NCBI GenBank assembly: GCA_008632985.1
Contig: QPGO01000250.1
Location: forward strand, 62,001 to 91,492
From: Psammoneis japonica
Lineage: Eukaryota
Direction of reading: 5' to 3'
Length of the DNA stretch: 29,492 bases
Shown here: piece by piece, positions 20,053-29,492 of the stretch
Layout of the letters: every line of letters begins with the position of its first letter
Numbering within the stretch: position 1 is the first letter of the stretch
The notes under the pieces: generated by a model
Told to the model about the DNA's origin: nothing
Database searches by the model: none
The model's input: the letters and a program-made list of their open reading frames with translations, nothing else
Made by a program: the position numbers and the translations under genes

Positions 20053-21330
20053 TCCCTGGCGACCCCACGCACCACGATGGAGATCAATCAGGTGCGGCGG
20101 CTGTCATCAGAGCGGCATTGCGATAATAGTCTACTGTAAGTGCTCTGCTTCTCATGGCTGTATCATACTGCGAATAATAGGCAACATGATTCAGGCGAAA
20201 GCAACCCTGAAAAAAATAGAAACGAATGTCCGCACACGTCCGGTTCATGATGCTACTATAGGGGTATAGGTGCGTTGCCAATTCCAAGAGACAGGGCGTT
20301 CTGATAGTGCTTTTCCGGAAGCAAAACACCTAGAGATGGATGTTTCCAAAAGTTCAATGCAAATTACGTGCATGATTTTTCCACACATCGCCGAAAGGAT
20401 TCGTGGGCCTGTACAATCGACGTCATATTGCGTTGTCGGTTGTCTGATGACAAGCTACCGGTATATCACGTCATCTCACAGGATTGTCTTGCGACGAATG
20501 GAGATAAGAGACAAGTCGAGATCAGTCAAGTCGATAAATGATGTGTTCAATTTTGGCTGCATTGGCATTACAGGTACCCCGTTCGTTGATGACTATCCTA
20601 TCTTTTGGCTATCTCCGGAATGAGCGGAAAGGGGACATTTCTGATCTTTTAGACCGAAGCTTTTACGCTTATTTGAGTGAAAGACTCTCAAGAACGAGTT
20701 TGAGGTCGTTTTCAAGGCGAAAATAGTCACATTCCGCAGTGGAATATGCGTTCTCTGATTACACTGGCTTGCAGTCCGCCGCCGGTTCTGAGGGACTTGA
20801 CTCCAATCATCTGTGGAGGCATAAAACAATTATGCGACAAAAAAGTCAGTGTCGTGGTTTACAACAGGAAGCGCATCGTCTGAAGTATCATAGTGCGAGT
20901 GACAGTGGCTGACAGTGCGTGACAGCATGGTGTTACCGGTACATTTACCGGTACGGTCGAGTCGAACAAAGAACAAAGCAGCTTCCTCGTGGTGGGACGA
21001 CGATGTTATTGCTTACCAGAGATATCGTTTAGCAGCATCATCGACAAGAACCAATCGCAGCCATACTTTATTGCTACGGCGCTGACCTATAATACCGGTA
21101 CAAATATGGCCATGCCGAATGCAACAACAAGCATTTATTGTTGGATCTTCTCTCATGAACGAGCACATCGTTTTGACGCACGTTCCAATAGTGTTCACGG
21201 TGCGAAATTACACGACACACGATGGATCAATCGCATGATCCGTATGAGATCTTTTGCTAGTATTTCCGTTGTCGTAATTGATCAACATTACTCATGCCAT
21301 AACGAGGAGACTAGCCACTTTTTAAACTGC
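20053..21330 (+). pseudogene. Fragmented relic of a large protein gene, possibly SF2-helicase-like, that may continue left of the hAT insertion
   Basis: Protein-like pieces in alternating frames (RSVKSINDVFNFGCIGITGTPFVDDYP; FGYLRNERKGDISDLLDRSFYAYLSE; ISFSSIIDKNQSQP). GITGTP resembles SF2 motif III (GFTGTP). Many stops and frameshifts. Family assignment is weak. Confidence 0.3.
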
Positions 21331-21930
21331 GGTTGAATATCAACGGGGGTATTGGTGCAGCTCAATAAAAGCAAGCTAACGAAAAGCCATATTCTATCTT
21401 CTCTGACAAAACAACAAGAGATGATTTGCCAATGATTTCAAAATTATTTTTTCTCTTTTTCAAGCCAACCAAGGCGAAGAATCCATCGTTCTCCACTACT
21501 TAGAGTAGCGCGTACTGCACGGGAGAGATGACCGCATTCAGCCTCCCAAGGTCGGATGCATGATCGATTTGTGTTCGCTTTAATACCCGTGTGTTTTGGT
21601 GGCGGGGTTTTAAATCTGCAGAATCTAGAAAGAGGTACGTTATCCCATGTTTTTGTTGCAGGAAAGACTTCCTTTTGGTGCAGTAGTTTGGCAAGCGGAC
21701 TCAATTTATTAATGGAGTTATCCTTGAGTTGCTGTAGCAAAGTCGTCATCTTGATAAGTATAGGGCCTAGCTAGTTTTTCGTTCACGTTCTAGCTTCACG
21801 CTCAGGAAGGGTTACGATAGTTCAGTTTTCTATTGGAGTAAATGGACAAATTCTATGTTAACCTGAACTGCACGCTGACGCTCGTCGCTCTTATTATATA
21901 GTCGAACCATCGATCTCTAGTACAGTATTA

Positions 21931-23015
21931 TCATTTCCGGCTTCTAGTAGGGCCCATTCTTAAGTCACGAATGAGTGGATGTGGCTTCTCCTTGATCAAT
22001 TCGTACATGACGTCTACCGGCGACGTGGACTGAGCCGTCCTGGCCAGGACAAGGGGCCACAGAGCTGTCGGCATGTTCGACAGGACTTCAACATCACGGC
22101 AATGATGAGTCACAAGAATCGACGCCATCGTCTTTCGTCCGAGTGAGACAGCCAAGTCCAAAGGAGTTTCGAAGAAATGTCTTTTGTGCACAGATTGGCA
22201 TTGTGTTGCAGCAAGAGATGCACAAGGTGTTCATTTTCTTGTGGAAGACAAGCAAGGCGCAGTGGTGTCTTACCCGCTCGTCCTGGCTGTGAAGCATTGG
22301 CGCCCGCCTCCACGAGGAGCCTAGGAAATTCTTAAGCAATGTCCTCGTCGCTGCTGCAGTCATCGCTGATGTCATGATTGACGCTGCCTGAAACACTCAT
22401 AAAGCAAGCGCGACTCAATGGCGTCGGCGCATCCTCAGTCTTTTGATGATTGACATCAGTGCCATGGAACAGCAAGGCTCGCACCATTTCTGCTTGTCGA
22501 TGCTCGAAGGCGACTTGAAGCGGTGTCTTGCCAGAACTGTCTGTTGCGTGCATGTGAGCACCGTTCCCAATGAGCAAGGCAGCAATCACTACGTGCCTTT
22601 GTGAGCTCGCATAATGAAGGGTCATTTTCTCATCTGGAATGAATAGGGATCTCGACAGACGCGTATCTCTTGCATTGACGCTCGTCGCGGCACCATAAGA
22701 CACGAGCAGCTCCACAATTTTCTCATTTCCGAGATAGACGGCCATGTGGAGAGCCATTCTGTGCGCATCGTCGACTTCTCCCTCCTTTCCAATAAACAGC
22801 CCTTGTCTCACCCGAGCATTCACTTGAGCTCCATGCTCCAACAAGAGACGAACCATTGGTACATCTTGACCATGAACGGCAGCGGCAAGCGGAGTCCTTC
22901 CTTCGCCATCCGAAAAGTTCACATCAGAACCGCTGTTTGCGATGAGATCTCGTACTACTTGGACGTCTCCAGAATACTGTCATCCGACAAGCATCACGTT
23001 CTACAGAGAAGCCAT
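21931..23015 (-). pseudogene. Ankyrin-repeat protein pseudogene
   Basis: About 6 ankyrin repeats (GRTPLAAAV...VRLLLEHGAQVNA; ALHMAVYLGNEKIVELLVSYGA; GKTPLQVA...VRALLFHGTDVN; GKTPLRLAC...LLLQHNAN; ETPLDLA). In-frame stops at ~23001, ~22980 and 22332, and a frameshift near 22190. Confidence 0.85.
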
Positions 23016-23459
23016 CTTGCGCGTTCTAATTTGGGTTTTGCTGTTTTCAGCTTCGAGTTTTGTTGTGGTGTGCAGTTTCGGTGTGCGTGTTGTGCTGTTG
23101 TGCTACAACCGCGATGCGCGCAATGAGACGATTGGCAGTTGGTCGGCAATAGTTCAAATAACGCCCAAGAAACGTCCCTTTCTCGTTTTTCGTCACATTG
23201 AGAGGAAAAAGAATGTTGTTGTGTCCATCAAATATTTTTCGGAAGCAATACGAGGTAGGAGAAAGAGAACGACCGGAGTAAGCACCGACTAGCACGTTGG
23301 GTACACTAGTTTTCGCCGCAAGGGAGTACGCCTTTGAGGTGGGATTGGAAGAAACAATCAACACCTTGACCTGACACTATATGAAACATCGCTTCTTATC
23401 AAAAGTCAAGGCTTGACTTGATTGCTTGGTCCCAAGAAAATGCAAACGCAGTCAGCCTT

Positions 23460-24110
23460 TGCCTTCTATGGTCGATCCATCCATACTATCCAGCTGAAGT
23501 TCAATTTCTTTGGCCTTGGCGTAGAAATGGCGTTAATTTCAAACATTCCGAAAATTCAGGATACTGGCAACGCTTTGAATCAACTTCGCCTTTGAAAACG
23601 GATACTGCACAGTAATCATCCGAAGACCCTTGGTATAAGCGGCACCTTGAGCACGCACCGACGGTGTACCCTTCTATACTTCGAAAGCAGGTTCGTTGAA
23701 ATAGGTTCCTGGACTAACATGAGACACTGAACACCTGCCAATACACCTGTAACAAGGTAGATTTGTTGCAAATCTAAAACCGGGGTCCAAGTTCCCAAGA
23801 AACTAAGGCAAACTTTCCCGTCATTTGCATTGTAGATGTTCGGATTGTATCGAATCCGCCACCGCCAGTGCAAAAGAACTTGACTTTAGGTGCCTTAGCA
23901 AGATAATCATGAAGGTTCAAGCAAAGGTAATAGATGCTGAGAACGATTCCAAGCATAGCTCCCACCAGCGAAGTGCAACACTGACCTCTAATAAGAACAC
24001 TTACCAAATCCATTCTCAACTCAAGAGCAGTTGGAATCCATTGGAAGATTAAGCTTGTATTCCAGTAGCTCTCCGTGAATGGTATGAGCTCGGCTTGCAA
24101 GAACGAATGC
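23460..24110 (-). pseudogene. Ubiquitin-conjugating enzyme (BIRC6/UBE2Z-like E2, UBCc) pseudogene
   Basis: Across frameshifts: GELLEYKLNLP, RMDLVSVLIRG, DYLAKAPKVKFFCTGGG, RIRYNPNIYN..DGKVCLSFLGTW (catalytic Cys context), VQCLMLVQEP. This matches the family pattern RFNPNLY.dGKVCLSLLGTW. Confidence 0.82.
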
Positions 24111-24660
24111 AAAATCAAAGCGAGCCGGGCCTGAGGTGTCAAGGTAGGAACTATTCGTTTCATTTGACCAGGATCCACTCTTTGACGATTAACCACCAAG
24201 GTCAATCTCAATGGCGTCTGCAGTTCAAGGTAGAAGGTACGGAAGACTTTTCGCCTGCGTCTGACTCGTGGTGCAACTGTCATCGTATAAGTCAATCACA
24301 TCATTACCCACAGGTAGAGAAGCGATCCCATTTGAATTGACCAACTGACATGATTTGTCACCGCCGTCTTCGTCGTCGTTGGCTCACATCAAAAGATCCA
24401 CACTACAGTTCAATGTTTGTCCACTCCCCCAGCGTTCGGGAGATTAGAGGTCTACGTAGATGCAGATAGTTTTATATCGCGTAGAATTCTACGTAATGAG
24501 TAACTCGAATATTTCTACGAACTCCCTCCCAGATTTCAAGACGCTTTTGGTCGATTCAAGCCGGCTCAAAATGCTTTTCGCAAAAGGGTCAAAAAATCAA
24601 CAAAATTGGTCCACCGCTGCGTGCCGCCGCATTAAAAGCACTTGACGTCATGCTGACATA

Positions 24661-25615
24661 ACAACATGCCAAAGTGCCAATTGTTTGAAACCAAATCCGA
24701 TGACAAGCGCGTGTTGACCTTTCCCGCTTTTTGTTGCCCATGCATCCTTGATGAAACCCAGTGAATCAGTCGTTTCGGCCAATGTGCCATGAGCCCCATT
24801 TTGCCTCTGTTGCGCGAAGTTGTGGCAGACCCAATTCGCTGCCATTGCTTTGGGCCTTGTTGTCGGAACGCTCGACCAATTGCGGCCGATGGGCACTCTC
24901 CATGTTGACATTTGCAGCAGGATGCAGGCTCGTGATTCCAAGAGAGCAGGCAATGGAAGGCGCCTTTTGCACTTTCGAGGAGCTTGATTCTGCGTGGACC
25001 GCTCGCGGGTGTGGCGGGAGCGATGCATGGCCAGATGCAGTTCAAGAGCCAAAGTCACAAAGTGATGGATTGAGACACAAACAGGTGCAACAAGTGCGAC
25101 AGGCTGCGGCGCAGGTGCGCTCGCCCCAGGTGGATCAAGCGGTGCTTTTTGGGCACGACGGGTTTGTGCCAGTGCGCGGCGTGTCATTGAGAATCCACCA
25201 CAAGGGAGTGTGAGTGTTGAGTCCAGCATTTTGTTTGCACTCGAACAACTGCACTTGTGTCTCACGCTTTTGCACTGCTCTGTCTGTTGGCCACATTGTG
25301 CTCTGCACCTGCAGCTCAAGAGAGATTTGAGGTTGCACGCGAATGTTCCGTTTTCAGAGAATCCGTGCAGCCATGGAAACAACAGGACAGCGACCCTCGG
25401 CTTCACCATGTCCACCGCACCTCAACCTGCAAGGCACCCTGGTCATGCTCTGGGTGGTGGGCATGCACAGCAGACGTCCGCCGGCTGTTGCCAACCCTGT
25501 TGTGGACCTGTTGGACATTGCGGCTCCTGCCGAACCTGGCAAAACAGTGACTCAAAGTGCAGCAACAGTCCAACAGTGTCGTGGGAATGTTTGATTCTGT
25601 GCAGCATGCGACTGT
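24661..25615. other. Third TpA-free block, with CpG retained
   Basis: No TA found by eye in 955 bp, while about 50 CG remain. Confidence 0.9.
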
Positions 25616-26020
25616 TACATGCATGTTTATGATTGTGTGTTATTTGTGTGTCAATCGTACCACAGTCGTGGATGCGCACAAAGGACAGAACGATCACACA
25701 GAGTTGATCGGATGTCGAGAATTGCAAATACGATCGATTGACGATGTTGACATCTTACGTGTCAACAGCAATCGTATCCGGACAATCTGTTGTCACGAAT
25801 ATATTCTCCGAAAGGCCTTTTGTCTGTAGAAGCAGTACAGAAGCTTTAGGCCATTGAGAACTCGTTCGGAGAAACCAAAAATCACAGAGCAAAATTCAAT
25901 CTTATAATTTCCACTTTTCGCACACTATTCTACTTTCGTTTGCACTCGTTCTTCGAGCACAGTGCATTGTGTGTGCACACCACAGAAGGTAAAAAGCACG
26001 GAAAATGAAAATTTTAACTA

Positions 26021-29000
26021 ATGTGCCTTTGCAAATTCTTCTGTGAACAGGAACGAATCGCATCAGTTCTGCTGGAATCGATTTCCGAGCGGAAGAAGCT
26101 CAAGCCGAGCAGCACCTCAAGATGGAACGCTGTTTTTCGTCTACCAGACAAGAGGATTCGCTTTAATGCGGTCTATTCCAAGCACCCAAGGATCAAGGGC
26201 TCTCAAGTACACCGCATTATCAAAAAATCTACACCAAGTCATGGTTGCAGAGAATGCAAGTTCCGAGTCGATCAGGTCCGAGAAATACGTCTGGCATGCA
26301 AGGAGAGACCATTGGAGAGTTTTTGGAGACCGAATCAACGAGCCTCGAGTCCAAGGGCAAGATGGAACCGTTGGAAAGTACCTCAAGAGTCTCATGTCTC
26401 ATGTCTTTCCAAGAATTGCACTTCAGAATCAGAATTATTTTTTTCAAGACGATCTGAAGAAACCAGAGCTGCTTGACAGCAAGAAAGCCTCTGTTAGACC
26501 CAAGAGGTCAATGATGAGAGTCTATGCGACCCTCAGATGGATTCTAAGTCGAATCTAGCGGGAAACCGAGCGCTGATTTATCAGCTGTCACTCGCACCGC
26601 AAGGATGGCAGCATCAGTCTACTGTCCAAAACAATCAACTATTGCAACTCATCCTTGATGAGCTGATTAAGTTTTGAGTCATCTATAGGTCGTTCATGAC
26701 GTCCGTGACGAAAAAACATATCAACTCAGGCTCTGATAGCGCAGTTGGTTCCAAAATAAAAAAGGTTCCAAATTTGGTTCCAAAAATGGTCTCCCATGTG
26801 GCACCAGAACAATCCAAAGTGAATGCAAGGTCTTGTCTTTGAAAAAAGAACACCTGCATCACGGATTGAAGCTATTCTAAAAATGAACTAGCAAAAGAGT
26901 GCAAGGGTGACTCTGAAAGAGACCCAAAAATGCGCCGTTCAAATGGCAATCGCACGCGGTCGCGTCGCGATAACGAAAATGCCGCTCGCAAAAAAAGAGA
27001 TGAACGTCATGATTGATCAGGCGGTTCAAAAAATGCTCAAAGCGAGTTCCTTGAACAAAGAAAAAGAGCACAAGGGCAAAGAATCAGATTCTGATACCCT
27101 CAGTGAAGAAAAACACCAATTTGATCGGATGATCCAGACTGAATCCGAAGAATGATTTTGGTCTATTCACGAATTGTGTGCTTTGCTGGATGTTAGGAAG
27201 CCTAGAAAAAAGGCAGAAATAATTCATGCCAGTCCAGGAGTCATCATTTATGTGAATGCTTCCTTGGGAAAGGAGAAAAAAAAAAAAAAAAGCATCTGCG
27301 TGTTCCTGTCGACAACGGAACATCGTCAACCATAATTTTGCGCAAATTCGTGCGAAAGTTGAGAACACAAGAATCCGCCACCAAAAACTTGGGAAACCAA
27401 GGGTGAGCTCTTTACGACTGATGGTAAACACCGAATTCAGTTCTCACTGTGCGAAATTTAAGGCACGCTGATGTTCAAACAGCACATGTTGAAAACACCA
27501 AATTTTCTTCAGGTTCAAATGATGTGATCATGGGACGCGACTTAATGTCCAGTCCTACAAGTCACATTGGACTACGCAAATGAAGAAATCTAATGGGAAG
27601 AAGCAATTACCTTATGAAGAATGTTCATGCACTCTTCGATGCCGATGTTTTCAAGCTGAAAACCGATCACATTGAAAAACATGACGCCGTGAACAGAGTT
27701 GACAACGGAACCAATGGTCCTCGACTCACATCATCACGCCATCGATCTTAATCAAGTGACAACTACGGCGATGCATCTAACCCAAATGAACACAACCAAC
27801 TCAATCTTCTTCTTAAGAGGTTGAAATCGTTTTGAAAAGTTCCTCAGACGAATGCATGGGAAGCATCAGTGGATCTCATCGTGGAAAATCTGACGCGATT
27901 CCACGACGCGTGAGAACCTTCTCCTGTCACAGTCTTTGGAGGCGTCCAATCAAAAGGAGTTTGACCTGTTATGAAAGATTGAAGTCTTAAGAATGAAATT
28001 GCTCTGAACAAGTCGCTCTGAGACTCATTGTCTAAAGAAAACAGGTCGAGTTTGACCGTGTCCGACACTCAGAAGCTTGGCACAAGGTTCACACAGGTGG
28101 TGCATCCTTTACCCAATATTCAGGAAATGCTGTTGAAGCAAGAACGTTTCATATATGCAATCTATTTGATTCAAACATGGAATGCCACCATGTCAAATAA
28201 AAAAAGCACACGTCGTGCTCACACGAAAATCATGCCGTGGGGAGAAAATGAGTGCCATGGACTTCCAATGAGAATCTATAGAGCCCCAGATATTTTCACA
28301 CAACACTTGAGTGAACTCATAACAGGTTTGAAGTTGTCAGAACGACTGTGTGTGATCGTTTGTGCCTGACAAAAGTAACTTCAAAATGTCACCTGCACAA
28401 GTGACAGCTTAGTGCGGCATTCAAACGACTAAAACAGTCGCTTAGAAGGTTAACAACAAAAGTCCTTCACTGTTTAACTTGAAAAAAAACTATCAAGACT
28501 TCCATGCGTGACGACATGCAATCGATTACAAAGAAAATGGAGGCGATTCAAGCAATCGCAACACGAGAAAAACGTAAAGAACACTACGACATCTCGTTGT
28601 CATACGTTGCCATTATCGAGACATGTAGTCTCAACGATCTCCTGTACAATGCTAGCCAAATTCACCTCAATAAAGGTCAAACGGCAAAAGTACAAGTACG
28701 GAACGAAAAGTCTCCGAAAATATGGAGCGTATCAAATCAAAAACTATATTGTCATCATACACGTATTTCAACATTATATGTTACAACGGAAAAAAGAACT
28801 TCTGTCCATAGTGAAAACACTTATAAAATTCCGAAACACACTGTTTGGCCAACAGATTTATACATGTGCGGATCATAAGACACAACGGACAAAGTCATAC
28901 GTTGACAACTTCAGTCCCGAATTAGAATGCAACGAGGGCAAGGCGAACATCGTCGCGATAGACGCGATCAGCCGACTTACTATAGAAAATTGAATCCTAC

Positions 29001-29400
29001 GACAATGTCCTACCGTTAAAACGGGATAAAGACATTCCCTCCAAATTGTCGGACGCGACATATCATACGAACACTTTTCGTGGAGGCGAGCGAGATCGAA
29101 AAATGCTCATGTCACAAGGATAAAATCGCCTTTTTAAAGGACGATTTAGGAAAAAACAGTGACAGATTGGTGTACATTATACGCATCCACTTCACACTGG
29201 CAAAAGACAATCTCACAACACCCGTACGGTTGTATTGTACAATGTACGAGGCAAGACATTAAAATATACATCATGTCGACACACGAGATGTGCCAAAGAT
29301 CTAGAAAAAGAAAAGAAAAATGGACATTTATCCACTTGGTGCACGAAACCAGTGCCTTCGGAATGACAAAATGACACCGGTGTGTCAGAAAGAAACGTCC
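26021..29400 (+). mobile_element. Decayed Ty3/Gypsy LTR retrotransposon internal region (gag-PR-RT-RNaseH-start of IN)
   Basis: Gag-like K/E-rich frames at 26043-27155. Protease remnants (CALLDV; NDVIMGRDLMS). RT remnants (HPLPNIQEMLLK..RFIYA; NMECHH; IMPWGENECHGLPM...APDIF). RNase H remnants (KKMEAIQAIA; KELLSIVKTLIKFRNTLFGQQIYTCADHK; GKANIVAIDAISRL). Domain order is Gypsy-type. Many stops and frameshifts, and LTRs were not identified. Confidence 0.88.
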
Positions 29401-29492
29401 AAATAACGATTAAAATCCAACTGATAGATGGTTGAAGTACAAAAAAAAATCCACAATGGAATTCATAACCATCACAGGATTGATTGTCAACG

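Noticed and set aside
25614..26020. Possible Gypsy 5' LTR/PBS, including a small hairpin TGTTGACA-N7-TGTCAACA at 25746-25768
   Set aside because: There is no second LTR in the window and no clear PBS, so boundaries cannot be supported.
26701..26866. Possible MITE (TCCGTGA...TCACGGA) with GGTTCCAAA repeats inside Gypsy gag
   Set aside because: The inverted match is only 7 bp with no TSD. The repeats read as G-S-K low-complexity Gag coding sequence.
27276..27291. A16 run as a retroposon poly(A) tail
   Set aside because: No TSD or upstream SINE/LINE body. More likely an expanded homopolymer within the decayed Gypsy element.

Overview
Eukaryotic (stramenopile, probably pennate diatom) repeat-rich window. 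It has one long intact gene (8023-12192, minus strand; degenerate NB-ARC/STAND NTPase plus TPR array) and one 360-aa membrane ORF with a Tudor/SH3-like module. It also holds ankyrin and BIRC6-like E2 pseudogenes, a structurally complete non-autonomous hAT-type element (34-bp TIRs, 8-bp TSD), a Copia-type Gag relic and a decayed Ty3/Gypsy element. The most striking signal is compositional. Three sharply bounded blocks (1-7750, ~12505-16400, 24661-25615) have almost no TpA dinucleotides. A ~600-bp repeat present once inside and once outside a block shows TpA->TpG and TpA->CpA substitutions (about 30 of 36 sites by manual alignment). This points to a repeat-targeted, both-strand A:T->G:C hypermutation at TpA, the opposite direction to fungal RIP and separable from CpG decay. 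I know of no described pathway that explains it, and a base-calling artefact at modified bases must be excluded. All counts were made by eye and should be recomputed.
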